From Veillonella parvula (GTDB lineage: Bacteria > Bacillota > Negativicutes > Veillonellales > Veillonellaceae), in contig NZ_JAGZYE010000001.1 of NCBI RefSeq assembly GCF_018378075.1, positions 246,997 through 310,996 on the forward strand: DNA of 64,000 nt. The letters run 5' to 3'. The position numbers were made by a program, and so were the translations under genes. The notes beneath the pieces are model-generated. The model was not told the DNA's origin, searched no databases, and was given only the letters and a program-made list of their open reading frames with translations. Of this stretch, positions 19,201 through 30,734 are shown piece by piece (the first letter of the stretch is position 1; the number at the start of each line of letters is the position of its first letter).

Positions 19201-21135
19201 ATGAGTACTATGAATATAAAAGGCATACTTCTAGATAACCGCTACCGAATTGTTGATAAAATTGGCGTTGGTGGAATGGCTGATGTATACCTTGGAGAAG
19301 ATACCTTACTAGGTAGACAAGTAGCAATAAAAGTATTGCATGCTAATTTTGCAAATGATGACGAATTTGTGACTCGATTTAAACGAGAAGCACAAGCGGC
19401 AGGTAAATTAAATCATCCAAATATTGTAAATATGTATGATGTAGGTTTTGATCAAAATCTACATTACATTGTCATGGAATATGTAGATGGTGAAACCTTA
19501 AAAAAATATATAACTCGTCATGGAAGACTGTCCATAGATGAGGCTGTTAAATTTACTATCGCCATAGCTGAAGGCTTAGAACACGCGCATACAATGGGCA
19601 TTGTTCATTGTGATATAAAGCCACATAATGTTATTATTACCAATACGGGGCGCGTTAAAGTAACTGACTTTGGTATTGCTCGTGCAATAAATGCAACTAA
19701 CACAGTTATGTATACGAATTCGATTTTGGGTTCAGCACACTATTTATCACCAGAGCAAGCTAGTGGTAAACCGGTAGACGGCAATACAGATATCTATTCT
19801 CTGGGTGTCGTATTGTATGAAATGCTTACAGGTCGTGTACCATTTGAAGGGGAAACGCCAATTGCGGTAGCATTAAAACATGTTCGTGAGAAGGTAGAAC
19901 CTCCAACACGATATAATCCATCAATTCCTCCGCTTTTAGAAGCTGTTGTTATGAAAGCATTATCTAAAAATCCTGCTGATCGATTTGATTCTATCTCTGA
20001 TATGATCAGTGATTTGCGATTATCTCAAGGTTTTACGATGGGCAAAACACAACGTCATGAACCATATGACTTTGCTACACAAATGATTCCTGCTGTTGAT
20101 CCTGAAGCACTTGAAGATCTTAGTACGATTCAAGAAGAACGAAAAGAAGAGGATAAAAAGAAGAGTATGTTAAGTAAAATTGCATCGATTCCACAAAAAT
20201 ACATCGTTCTAGGTGCTGCTGTCATTTTCTTAGTAGCATTTTTAGGTGCTTTCTTAAGCTACGGTAATTTCTGGAGTAATACAACAGTAGATGTACCTAA
20301 TGTGGTAGGCAAACAAGTTTCTGTAGCAAAAAATATCTTAGAAGATAAACATTTGCGTGTGTCTACAAGTGAAGTCACAAATCCAGATGTGCCAGCTGGT
20401 CAAGTTATTTCTCAAACTCCTGGAGCTGGAGAGAAGGTTAAAGAGCAACGAACAATCCATCTTGTGGTTTCTAAAGGTGTAGGCGATATTACGGTGCCAG
20501 ATTTAACTGATTTAACTGTGGATCAAGCCCGTCAACGACTTAAAGATTTAGGTTTAGTTGTGGGAAAAATAACACAGCAATCTGTAGATGGTAAAAAAGA
20601 TGGTGTAATCATTGCTCAGAGTCCTTCCGGAGATTCTAAAGTGTCTAAAGGGACAACAATTGATCTCGTTGTAAATAAAGCGAAGGCTAAGAAAGTCAAA
20701 GTACCTAATCTTGTTGGTATGACATTAAAAGATGCTCGTGATACATTGAGTAATATTCAACTAGGTGTAAACCAAGTATCTGGATCTGTGGAAGAAAAAT
20801 CTGTGGTTATAGAGCAAAGCATTAAAGCTGGCGATGAAATTGACGAAGGCTCCACATTAAATCTTACGACTGAGTTCAAAGATGATAAAAAGAAATCTGA
20901 TAAAAAAGATGGAAACAGTGGTAATAAAACAACTGGTACTATAGATGTTACTGTACCAGCTGGTTTTAAAAATCAAGAACTTAAAATTGTCGTAAAAGAT
21001 GATGAAGGTTCCGCAGTAATTTATGATGATACCAATAAACCTGGAGATCGTATTGTTCGAAAAGTGTCCGGTGTAGGTAATGTACGTATTGAGGTATACC
21101 TCAATGGTGCATTAGTGCAAGAAACTGCATTATAA
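19201..21135 (+). CDS. pknB: Ser/Thr protein kinase with TM helix and three PASTA repeats (PknB/PrkC family)
   Basis: Kinase subdomains (GxGGxxxVY, VAIK, HCDIKPHN, DFG, SPE); TM helix; three VP(N/D)(L/V)xG PASTA units; extra about 90-aa C-terminal beta-rich domain. Confidence 0.95.
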   Translation: MSTMNIKGILLDNRYRIVDKIGVGGMADVYLGEDTLLGRQVAIKVLHANFANDDEFVTRFKREAQAAGKLNHPNIVNMYDVGFDQNLHYIVMEYVDGETLKKYITRHGRLSIDEAVKFTIAIAEGLEHAHTMGIVHCDIKPHNVIITNTGRVKVTDFGIARAINATNTVMYTNSILGSAHYLSPEQASGKPVDGNTDIYSLGVVLYEMLTGRVPFEGETPIAVALKHVREKVEPPTRYNPSIPPLLEAVVMKALSKNPADRFDSISDMISDLRLSQGFTMGKTQRHEPYDFATQMIPAVDPEALEDLSTIQEERKEEDKKKSMLSKIASIPQKYIVLGAAVIFLVAFLGAFLSYGNFWSNTTVDVPNVVGKQVSVAKNILEDKHLRVSTSEVTNPDVPAGQVISQTPGAGEKVKEQRTIHLVVSKGVGDITVPDLTDLTVDQARQRLKDLGLVVGKITQQSVDGKKDGVIIAQSPSGDSKVSKGTTIDLVVNKAKAKKVKVPNLVGMTLKDARDTLSNIQLGVNQVSGSVEEKSVVIEQSIKAGDEIDEGSTLNLTTEFKDDKKKSDKKDGNSGNKTTGTIDVTVPAGFKNQELKIVVKDDEGSAVIYDDTNKPGDRIVRKVSGVGNVRIEVYLNGALVQETAL

Positions 21136-21143
21136 GAGGTACT

Positions 21144-22007
21144 ATGATTACAGGCATTGTTGTCAAAAATATGAATGGGTACTTTTATGTACAAGATGAT
21201 ACGGGCACCATTCATGAATGTAAGGTTCGTGGCAGACTTAAGAAAGGTCGTTATAGTTTACTTGTGGGTGACCGCGTTACGATTTCGGAGGATGGGTTCG
21301 TTGAATCCATCCATGGACGTCATAATTCGATGGTACGTCCAGCAGTAGCTAATATTGACCAAGTTGTATTAGTTGTGGCTGCCCATGAACCAGATATTAA
21401 TGAGCTATTACTTAATAAAATGCTCGTTATGATTGAACATGCGGATATACCTATCGTGCTATGTATCAATAAATGTGACCTGATGGATTCAGAGACGGAA
21501 ACTATGGTTGATCTTTATAAATCAATTGGTTATAAGGTTTTGATGACATCCACATATAATATGACAGGCATCGATGATTTACGTCATGTGCTTCAACATA
21601 AGGTAACAGCTTTTGCAGGTCCATCTGGTGTTGGTAAGAGTAGTCTTTTAAATGCAGTAGACCCAAAATTCGCCTTCCAGACTGGGGAGGTAAGTGATAA
21701 GATTAAACGTGGCAAACACACCACTCGTCACGCTTCTTTATATAGTTTAGATGCAGATTCTTTTATCATGGATACACCTGGATTTAGTGCTATTGAATTT
21801 AATGATGTTTCCCTTGAAAGATTGCCTACATTATTCCCAGAATTTGGTGAATATGTTGATACTTGTAAATTTAGTCCTTGCTATCATGAACATGAACCCA
21901 TTTGTGGGATTAAAGCTGCTCTAGAAGCTGGTCATATTCATCAAGGACGATATGATGCTTATATGTCTATACGTAATGATATAGAAAGTCAACGAAAGAG
22001 GTTTTAA
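21144..22007 (+). CDS. rsgA: Ribosome small-subunit-dependent GTPase A (RsgA/CpgA)
   Basis: OB fold N-terminus, circularly permuted GTPase motifs (NKCDL...GPSGVGKSS) and C-terminal Cys/His zinc motif. Confidence 0.92.
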   Translation: MITGIVVKNMNGYFYVQDDTGTIHECKVRGRLKKGRYSLLVGDRVTISEDGFVESIHGRHNSMVRPAVANIDQVVLVVAAHEPDINELLLNKMLVMIEHADIPIVLCINKCDLMDSETETMVDLYKSIGYKVLMTSTYNMTGIDDLRHVLQHKVTAFAGPSGVGKSSLLNAVDPKFAFQTGEVSDKIKRGKHTTRHASLYSLDADSFIMDTPGFSAIEFNDVSLERLPTLFPEFGEYVDTCKFSPCYHEHEPICGIKAALEAGHIHQGRYDAYMSIRNDIESQRKRF

Positions 22008-22008
22008 T

Positions 22009-22659
22009 ATGATAAAAATTGCACCATCTATGCTTTCCGCAAATTTTGCGGTGTTAAGCGAGGAATTAAAATCTATTGAAGCAGCGGGGGCTGATTTATT
22101 ACATATCGACATCATGGATGGACACTTTGTTCCTAATCTAACCTTTGGTGCTCCCATTGTGAAAGCCATTCGTCCATATACAAAATTACCATTTGATGTG
22201 CATTTGATGGTTACTAATCCTGGTGATTATGTAGAAGAATTTGCAAAAATTGGTGTAGAATATTTTACTTTTCATCAAGAAACTGTACCTCATATGCATC
22301 GTTTGATTCAACATATCAAGCAGTGTGGGATGAAGGCTGGTGTAGCATTGAATCCTAGTACACCTGTATCTCTACTAGAAGATGTAGCTGCAGATTTAGA
22401 TATGATTTTAATTATGTCTGTGAATCCAGGATTTGGAGGACAATCTTTTATTAAAAATGCCATAAAAAAAGTTAAACAAGCTAAGATATTGTTAGAAGAA
22501 GTAGACAATTCAACGGCAGTCATTGAGGTGGACGGTGGTATTAACGATATTACTTGTGTACCGATTAAAAGAGCGGGGGCTACAGTTTTAGTTGCTGGTT
22601 CTGCAGTATTTGGTGCTGAAGATCGTGCAAGTATGATTGAATTCATTCGCAATAATTAA
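22009..22659 (+). CDS. rpe: Ribulose-phosphate 3-epimerase
   Basis: IAPSMLSANF...HIDIMDGHFVPN signature, 216 aa. Confidence 0.95.
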   Translation: MIKIAPSMLSANFAVLSEELKSIEAAGADLLHIDIMDGHFVPNLTFGAPIVKAIRPYTKLPFDVHLMVTNPGDYVEEFAKIGVEYFTFHQETVPHMHRLIQHIKQCGMKAGVALNPSTPVSLLEDVAADLDMILIMSVNPGFGGQSFIKNAIKKVKQAKILLEEVDNSTAVIEVDGGINDITCVPIKRAGATVLVAGSAVFGAEDRASMIEFIRNN

Positions 22660-22740
22660 ATAAATATTTTCATAATATTCTATAATTCAAATTTGAACAT
22701 AAGATCGTACATCAATAAGAAAGAGAATGTATTTAAAATA

Positions 22741-22786
22741 AGGAGTGAGGAATACTTAAAGAATTCCTCACTCCTTGCTTGCTTTT
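22741..22786 (+). terminator. Rho-independent terminator after rpe (13-bp stem AGGAGTGAGGAAT/ATTCCTCACTCCT)
   Basis: Perfect stem, 8-nt loop, T-rich tail. Confidence 0.75.
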
Positions 22787-22912
22787 GCCATGATTTTTTG
22801 TTAGAATTATTAGGTATGAAAAATATGCACGTCAGTGGACTTCGGTACTGTGCCTAATTTTGGGTGACCCGAAGGATGAAGCGGCGGAGGTTAATTAACA
22901 GGAGGTGCCACA

Positions 22913-23665
22913 ATGGCAGTAGTATCAATGAAACAATTATTAGAGGCTGGTGTACACTTTGGTCATCAGACTAGAAGATGGAACCCTAAAATGGCGAAAT
23001 TCATCTTCACTGAACGCAATGGTATTTATATCATTGATTTGTCTAAAACAGTTAAAAAAGTAGAAGAAGCTTACAATTTCTTGCGTGAAGTTGCTTCCCA
23101 AGGCGAAGTAATCTTGTTCGTAGGTACTAAAAAACAAGCTCAAGAAGCTATTAAAGAAGAAGCTATCCGTGCTAACATGTTCTTCGTTAACGAACGTTGG
23201 TTGGGCGGTATGTTGACTAATTTCAAAACAATTGAAACTCGTATTAAACGTTTAAAACAATTGGAAGCTATGGCAGAAGACGGTACTTTCGAAGTATTGC
23301 CTAAAAAAGAAGTTATCGGTCTTCGTCATGAAATGGATAAATTGGAAAAATACCTTGGCGGTATTAAAGATATGCCTAAAATGCCAGGTGCTCTTTTCGT
23401 AGTAGATCCTAAAAAAGAAAAAATCGCTATTGCAGAAGCTAAAAAATTGGGTATTCCTGTAGTTGCAACAGTTGACACTAACTGCGACCCAGACGAAGTT
23501 GATTTCCCAATCCCAGCAAATGATGACGCTATTCGCGCTGTTAAATTGTTGGCTGGTAAAATGGCTGACGCTGTTCTTGAAGGTCGTCAAGGCGAATCCT
23601 TTGAAGAAGCATTAGATAACATGGTAGCTGATTCCGCAGAAATGGTTCGAGACGGTAAAGCTTAA
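22913..23665 (+). CDS. rpsB: 30S ribosomal protein S2
   Basis: [24 protein letters not shown], 250 aa; GGAGGTG RBS. Confidence 0.97.
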   Translation: MAVVSMKQLLEAGVHFGHQTRRWNPKMAKFIFTERNGIYIIDLSKTVKKVEEAYNFLREVASQGEVILFVGTKKQAQEAIKEEAIRANMFFVNERWLGGMLTNFKTIETRIKRLKQLEAMAEDGTFEVLPKKEVIGLRHEMDKLEKYLGGIKDMPKMPGALFVVDPKKEKIAIAEAKKLGIPVVATVDTNCDPDEVDFPIPANDDAIRAVKLLAGKMADAVLEGRQGESFEEALDNMVADSAEMVRDGKA

Positions 23666-23763
23666 TCGTTGTCGTATTAGCATTTGAAAGATAAATCTAT
23701 AACATATATAATTGGGGTAAGGACTATATCCTTACCTTAATTAATACTAGGAGGAACAAAATA

Positions 23764-25051
<1,288 letters not shown>

Positions 25052-25056
25052 TTCAT

Positions 25057-25617
25057 ATGGAAATTAAAGAATTGTTACAACAAGCAGAAGACCGCATGAA
25101 TAAGTCTATTGAGGCTTTAAAACATGAATTCGCATCTATTCGTACAGGCCGTGCTAGTGTAGCACTACTTGATAAAGTAATGGTTGATTACTATGGAAGT
25201 CCATCACCCATTAATCAAGTTGCGAATATCTCCGTGCCTGAACCTCGCATGATTGTGATTGCACCTTGGGATAAAACAATGATTGGTGCTATTGAAAAAG
25301 CAATTTTACAATCTGATTTAGGTTTGAACCCTGGTAATGATGGTGCACAAATTCGTTTAAGTATTCCTCAATTAACTGAGGAACGTCGTAAAGAAATCGT
25401 TAAAGTAGTTCATAAAAAGGCTGAAGATGCAAAAGTTGCAGTGCGCAACATTCGTCGCGATGTAAATGAAGCATTAAAAAAAGAAGAGAAAGCTAAAACG
25501 ATTACTGAAGATGATGCTAAAGACGGTTTAGATCAAATCCAAAAGCTTACCGATGCTAAAGTTAAGCAAATCGATGAGTTAAAAGTAGTAAAAGAAAAGG
25601 ACGTATTAGAAGTATAA
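25057..25617 (+). CDS. frr: Ribosome recycling factor
   Basis: 186 aa, ...IRTGRASVALLD...PEPRMIVIAPWDK... signature. Confidence 0.95.
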   Translation: MEIKELLQQAEDRMNKSIEALKHEFASIRTGRASVALLDKVMVDYYGSPSPINQVANISVPEPRMIVIAPWDKTMIGAIEKAILQSDLGLNPGNDGAQIRLSIPQLTEERRKEIVKVVHKKAEDAKVAVRNIRRDVNEALKKEEKAKTITEDDAKDGLDQIQKLTDAKVKQIDELKVVKEKDVLEV

Positions 25618-25868
25618 TGTTTGATTCTAATAGCCTTATTGGAATACCATGGCAGCTTGCAAAGTCTCGTTTGCAGGCTGCCCATATTCCTTTTAAGGTA
25701 ATGATTGGTGGATCCTTTAATCGCTTCTTTGAAATTTCAGATAAAGGATTTTATGTGGCACGTATTACAAAGGTTGATGAGTGCTTACATATACTACTAT
25801 ATAGACCAATGATTGCCAGCGACTTCGGAAATTCTATCGAGGTAGACTATGCTAAAGAAATTATTTAA
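25617..25868 (+). CDS. Hypothetical small protein (83 aa), start overlaps the frr stop (TAATG)
   Basis: Translationally coupled ORF with no motif I recognise; 3' end overlaps uppS by 20 nt. Confidence 0.4.
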   Translation: MFDSNSLIGIPWQLAKSRLQAAHIPFKVMIGGSFNRFFEISDKGFYVARITKVDECLHILLYRPMIASDFGNSIEVDYAKEII

Positions 25869-26613
25869 CCGTAAACGTTCTGATACGCCTGTCATTGATC
25901 GTAATATAATTCCACAACATGTTGCTATTATTATGGATGGTAATGGACGATGGGCTAAACGCAGAGGCATGCCGCGCTCCATGGGGCATCGTGCTGGTGC
26001 AGATGTATTAAAAGAAATTGTTATGGCCGCAGATGAGATCGGAATTAGAGCTCTTACGGTATATGGTTTCTCCACGGAGAACTGGAAACGTCCTGAACAG
26101 GAAGTTTCTTTACTTATGTCTCTCATAAAAGAATACTTAAATAATAATGTTAAGTATATGCATGAACATAATGTACGCATTCGATTTATTGGTTTTATTG
26201 GAGGGCTTTCAGAAAACCTACAAAAAATCATTCAAGATGCAGAATTATTAACTCAGAATAATACAGGCCTCACATTACAGTTAGCGATTAACTATGGTGG
26301 GCGTGATGAAATAGTTAGAACTATCCGCGACATTGTAAAATCCGTTGCGGATGGGGTTATTACAATGGACAAAATTACTGAAGAATATGTAAGTTCTCAA
26401 TTATTCACTAAAGAGTTTAGTGATGTAGATTTATTAATTCGTCCTAGTAGTGATTTTAGAATTAGTAATTTTTTGTTATGGCAACTAGCGTATGCTGAAT
26501 TTTGGTTTACCGATTTGCATTGGCCAGATTTTACTAAGGAAACTTTACTTGAAGCTGTGGCGGCATATCAGAAACGAGAACGCCGATTTGGTGGCTTATG
26601 TGATGAGGAATAA
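25849..26613 (+). CDS. uppS: Isoprenyl transferase (undecaprenyl diphosphate synthase)
   Basis: HVAIIMDGNGRWA and ...FSTENWKRP... motifs, 254 aa. Confidence 0.95.
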   Translation: MLKKLFNRKRSDTPVIDRNIIPQHVAIIMDGNGRWAKRRGMPRSMGHRAGADVLKEIVMAADEIGIRALTVYGFSTENWKRPEQEVSLLMSLIKEYLNNNVKYMHEHNVRIRFIGFIGGLSENLQKIIQDAELLTQNNTGLTLQLAINYGGRDEIVRTIRDIVKSVADGVITMDKITEEYVSSQLFTKEFSDVDLLIRPSSDFRISNFLLWQLAYAEFWFTDLHWPDFTKETLLEAVAAYQKRERRFGGLCDEE

Positions 26614-26616
26614 AAA

Positions 26617-27441
26617 ATGTTAAAAACACGTGTTATTACCGCTGTTATTGGTTTTATTATTGCCTTAGGGGCCATTACATTTGGTGGATTAGTATATGAT
26701 GTGCTAATTACACTTTTAGCTTTATTAGGGTGGCGTGAGTTTGTATTACTTGGTAAAGCTAAACGTGTTCGGATATCCATTATATGGGGATATATTAGCA
26801 TTTTATTGCTAATGATTGCTCTTGCATGTCATCAGTATATTATAGCTATAGCTATTTTAGTATTAAGTTTATTTGCCAATTATATGTTGTGTACATTTGG
26901 TGAAACTAAGTACTCGATGTCTAGTGTATCCTTTAGTGTATTTGGTTTATTATATATTGGTATGGGTATGACTTCATTACTCTTGATTCGTCATGACTCA
27001 ATTTACATGGATTTATCAATGCCTTTTGAACTATATAACTGGGGCACTATTACACTTTGGTTATTATTGTTTACTACTTGGGCTAGCGATACCTTTGCAT
27101 ACTTTTCAGGTCGAGCTTTTGGTAAACGTAAAATAGTACCATCCATTAGTCCTAATAAAACACTAGAAGGTTTTATTGGTGGATTTATCGGCTGTATCCT
27201 TACAGGTGCAGTATTTTCGTATATCGTTGGCATTCCTTGGTGGATGGGAATCCATGTAGGTATGATTAGCGGTATATTAGCACCATTAGGTGATTTGTTT
27301 GAATCAAAGATTAAACGACTATGTAATGTAAAAGATTCTGGTACATTATTACCAGGTCATGGCGGTGTATTGGATCGCTTTGATAGTTTATTATTTGCGG
27401 CTCCCATTACATTAGTATATATATTGCTATTTTCGTACTAA
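26617..27441 (+). CDS. cdsA: Phosphatidate cytidylyltransferase
   Basis: Multi-TM, C-terminal CdsA signature SxxKRxxxxKDxGxxxPGHGGxxDRxDS. Confidence 0.92.
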   Translation: MLKTRVITAVIGFIIALGAITFGGLVYDVLITLLALLGWREFVLLGKAKRVRISIIWGYISILLLMIALACHQYIIAIAILVLSLFANYMLCTFGETKYSMSSVSFSVFGLLYIGMGMTSLLLIRHDSIYMDLSMPFELYNWGTITLWLLLFTTWASDTFAYFSGRAFGKRKIVPSISPNKTLEGFIGGFIGCILTGAVFSYIVGIPWWMGIHVGMISGILAPLGDLFESKIKRLCNVKDSGTLLPGHGGVLDRFDSLLFAAPITLVYILLFSY

Positions 27442-27459
27442 TTTTATAGAGGTACACTT

Positions 27460-28605
27460 ATGAAATACCTAAGTATTATCGGCAGTACTGGCTCAATCGG
27501 TACACAGACGCTTGATGTGGTGTCTCAACATCCAGATCAATTCAAGGTGGTTGCCTTAGTGGCACATCATAATATTGACCTCTTAGAACATCAGATTAAA
27601 GAATATAAACCTTTGGTGGCTGGTCTTGTAGATGAAGGTGCTTTTAAAGAATTACAAGCACGCTATACAGGTCCTACAAAATTGATAGGTGGTAAGGAAG
27701 CCCTCATTGCAGCAGCTACAATTCAAGAAGCAACAATGATTGTTACTGCTATTGTAGGTGCTGCGGGAATTGAGCCTACAGTGGAAGCTATAAAACAAGG
27801 GAAGACTATAGGTCTTGCTAATAAAGAAACTCTTGTTGCTGGAGGTCCATTAATTACGGCTTTAGCTAAAGAACATGGCGTACAAATCCTACCTATCGAT
27901 AGTGAACATAGTGCTATATTTCAGTGCTTAGAAGGACAGAAACGTGACAATGTTGATTCTTTAATTGTCACTGCTTCTGGTGGACCTTTACGCACATGGG
28001 ATTCTAGTAAAATTCAAACTGCAACTGCTGCAGATTGTTTGCGACATCCTACCTGGAATATGGGTAATAAAATAACTATAGACTCTGCCTCTTTATTCAA
28101 TAAAGGCTTAGAGGTAATAGAAGCTCATTGGTTATTTGGTTTTGATTTTGATCATATTGATGTAGTAGTACATCCTCAAAGTATTGTTCATTCTATGATA
28201 CGTATGAAGGATGGTGCGATATTAGCGCAAATGGGTAATCCAGATATGCGCGAGCCCATTCAATATGCTTTGACGTATCCCAAACGTGAAGTTTTAAGTA
28301 TGAATCATCTTGATTTTAGTCAAGCACTACAATTGGAGTTTTTACCTCCACGGTATGACGATTTTCCTGCACTTCGACTTGCGTATGAGGTGGGACGTGC
28401 TAGTGGATTTAAACCTGCTGTATTTAATGCAGCTAATGAAACGGCAGTATATGCCTTTTTAGAAGATAAAATCGCCTTTGGTGATATTTATAAAGTCGTT
28501 ACTTTTGTTCTTGAATCTATGGGACCAGAAGATGATTTTACATTAGATAATTTATTATCCATCGATAGATGGGCCCGTGAAAAGGCAACATCGTTGATGT
28601 TATAG
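27460..28605 (+). CDS. dxr: 1-deoxy-D-xylulose 5-phosphate reductoisomerase
   Basis: LSIIGSTGSIGTQTLDV N-terminus, 381 aa. Confidence 0.95.
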   Translation: MKYLSIIGSTGSIGTQTLDVVSQHPDQFKVVALVAHHNIDLLEHQIKEYKPLVAGLVDEGAFKELQARYTGPTKLIGGKEALIAAATIQEATMIVTAIVGAAGIEPTVEAIKQGKTIGLANKETLVAGGPLITALAKEHGVQILPIDSEHSAIFQCLEGQKRDNVDSLIVTASGGPLRTWDSSKIQTATAADCLRHPTWNMGNKITIDSASLFNKGLEVIEAHWLFGFDFDHIDVVVHPQSIVHSMIRMKDGAILAQMGNPDMREPIQYALTYPKREVLSMNHLDFSQALQLEFLPPRYDDFPALRLAYEVGRASGFKPAVFNAANETAVYAFLEDKIAFGDIYKVVTFVLESMGPEDDFTLDNLLSIDRWAREKATSLML

Positions 28606-28613
28606 GAGAATAT

Positions 28614-29630
28614 ATGATTACGGCATTAGCCACAATATTTGTATTTGGTTTAATCGTGTTTATTCATGAATTAGGCCATTTTATTACAGCTAAGATGTCA
28701 GGTATGCAAGTTGATGAATTTGCTATAGGTTTTGGTCCAGCTATATTTAAAGTACAAAAAGGGGAAACTTTATATTCTATTCGTATAATTCCTCTTGGAG
28801 GATTTAATCGTATTGCTGGTATGACACCTGACGAGCCTCTTAATGAGCGCTTCTTTTATAATAAACCTGCGTGGAAAAAATTTATTGTTATTTCTGCAGG
28901 GGCTGTATTTAACTTTATATTAGCCATTGTACTTTTCTTTGGCCTAAATGTGACTGTAGGAAATCTTACATATACAAATGAACCTGTAATTGGTAACATT
29001 ATTGCGGGTAGTTCTGCAGAGCAGGCTCATTTAGAAGCTAACGATAGAATTATTACGATTGATGGTAAAAAAATTAGTACTTGGGATGATATTCGTCCTA
29101 GTTTACAAGGCACAGCAAACCATGGTGTAACTGTTGTTGTAGAGCGTGAAGGAAAAACTATAGAGACTACGGTAATACCTAAAATGGAACAAGATAGTCC
29201 TAAGATTGGCATCTACCCTAGCTTTACTCGTGAAACTTATAGTATTGGTGAATCTTTGAGCCTTGCTGTTAGTCGGACGGGGCAAACTATTGTTGCTATG
29301 GTCAGTGGGATTTATGATATGATTCGTGGCACACAAGCAGCCGAATTATCTGGTCCAGTAGGAATTTCCCAAATGGCAGGTACTATTGCACAATCAGGAT
29401 TTGCACCACTATTAAGTTTTGCTGCATTCCTTAGTATTAACTTAGGGGTTATTAATCTTTTACCATTACCTGTTTTAGATGGTGGTCACTTGATTATTAT
29501 CTTGGCGGAAGCTATAACAGGCCGTAGATTACCTGCTAAAGCTCTTATGTATATACAAATGGTTGGGGTTGCCTTAATGGTAGCATTATTCTTATATGTA
29601 ACAACGCAGGATATTTTCCGTTTACTATAA
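28614..29630 (+). CDS. rseP: RIP zinc metalloprotease RseP/RasP (site-2 protease, single PDZ)
   Basis: HELGHF zinc motif in TM1, PDZ segment, LDGG motif near the C-terminus. Confidence 0.92.
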   Translation: MITALATIFVFGLIVFIHELGHFITAKMSGMQVDEFAIGFGPAIFKVQKGETLYSIRIIPLGGFNRIAGMTPDEPLNERFFYNKPAWKKFIVISAGAVFNFILAIVLFFGLNVTVGNLTYTNEPVIGNIIAGSSAEQAHLEANDRIITIDGKKISTWDDIRPSLQGTANHGVTVVVEREGKTIETTVIPKMEQDSPKIGIYPSFTRETYSIGESLSLAVSRTGQTIVAMVSGIYDMIRGTQAAELSGPVGISQMAGTIAQSGFAPLLSFAAFLSINLGVINLLPLPVLDGGHLIIILAEAITGRRLPAKALMYIQMVGVALMVALFLYVTTQDIFRLL

Positions 29631-29648
29631 GACAGATGGGAGATTACA

Positions 29649-30734
29649 ATGATTGTACGTAAACCAACAAATGGTATCTATGTAGGTACAGTTAAAATCG
29701 GCGATTATGCACCGGTAAGTATTCAATCTATGATTACTACGGATCCAGTACATACAGAGAAGGCAATTGCAGAAATTAATCATTTAGCAGAGGCTGGTTG
29801 TGAACTGGTTCGTGTCGCCGTTCCTACAATGGCATCTGCAAAGGCTTTAAAGGCTGTTAGAGCGGGCATTTCAATTCCTTTGATCGCCGATATTCACTTT
29901 GATTATAGATTAGCTTTAGAAGCTATTGAAAATAATGTTGATGGATTGCGCATTAATCCAGGAAATATTGGTGGTGAAGATAAGGTTTTAGCCGTTATTG
30001 AAAAGGCAAAACCTAAACAAATCCCAATTCGCATTGGTGTTAATGCAGGCTCTTTACCAAAGCATATTCTCGATGCTCATGGAGGACATCCTACAGCGGA
30101 TGGTATGGTTGAAACAGCTTTAGAACACGTAAGAATTTTAGAAAAACTCGATTATCGTCAAATGAAATTATCCATTAAAGCCACGGAAGTACCTCTAATG
30201 GTGGAAGCATATCGTAAGTTATCTGATAAGATTCCTTATCCGTTACATTTAGGGGTAACAGAAGCTGGTACTATTAAACAAGGCACTATTAAATCTGCTA
30301 TGGGGATTGGTGCATTATTGCTCGATGGCATTGGTGATACATTACGGGTATCCTTAACTGGAGATCCAATTCACGAAATTGAAGTAGGTAGAAGTATTTT
30401 AAGTAGCTTAGGATTAAGAAATTTTGGGGCCACTATGATATCTTGTCCTACATGTGGTCGTTGCCAAGTAAATTTATTTGATATGGCTGGTATTGTAGAA
30501 GAACGTCTAGCATCCATAAAAGCGCCTATTAAGGTTGCCGTTATGGGGTGTGTTGTAAATGGTCCAGGGGAAGCGCGTGAGGCCGACTTTGGTATTGCTG
30601 GTGGTGATGGTCAAGGTATTATTTTCCGTAAAGGGAAAGTTATTAAGACTGTACCAGAAGCCGAATTAGTAGATACATTGTTTAGAGAAATTGACCAATA
30701 TTTAGAAAATTTAGATGAGGAGTCTTTATGTTAG
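29649..30734 (+). CDS. ispG: 4-hydroxy-3-methylbut-2-enyl diphosphate synthase (flavodoxin)
   Basis: IQSMITTD..., CPTCGRC... and C-terminal Cys cluster, 361 aa. Confidence 0.95.
   Translation: MIVRKPTNGIYVGTVKIGDYAPVSIQSMITTDPVHTEKAIAEINHLAEAGCELVRVAVPTMASAKALKAVRAGISIPLIADIHFDYRLALEAIENNVDGLRINPGNIGGEDKVLAVIEKAKPKQIPIRIGVNAGSLPKHILDAHGGHPTADGMVETALEHVRILEKLDYRQMKLSIKATEVPLMVEAYRKLSDKIPYPLHLGVTEAGTIKQGTIKSAMGIGALLLDGIGDTLRVSLTGDPIHEIEVGRSILSSLGLRNFGATMISCPTCGRCQVNLFDMAGIVEERLASIKAPIKVAVMGCVVNGPGEAREADFGIAGGDGQGIIFRKGKVIKTVPEAELVDTLFREIDQYLENLDEESLC

Noticed and set aside
25797-26231. 144-aa ORF on the - strand overlapping uppS
   Set aside because: Antisense to the highly conserved uppS frame; no start context.
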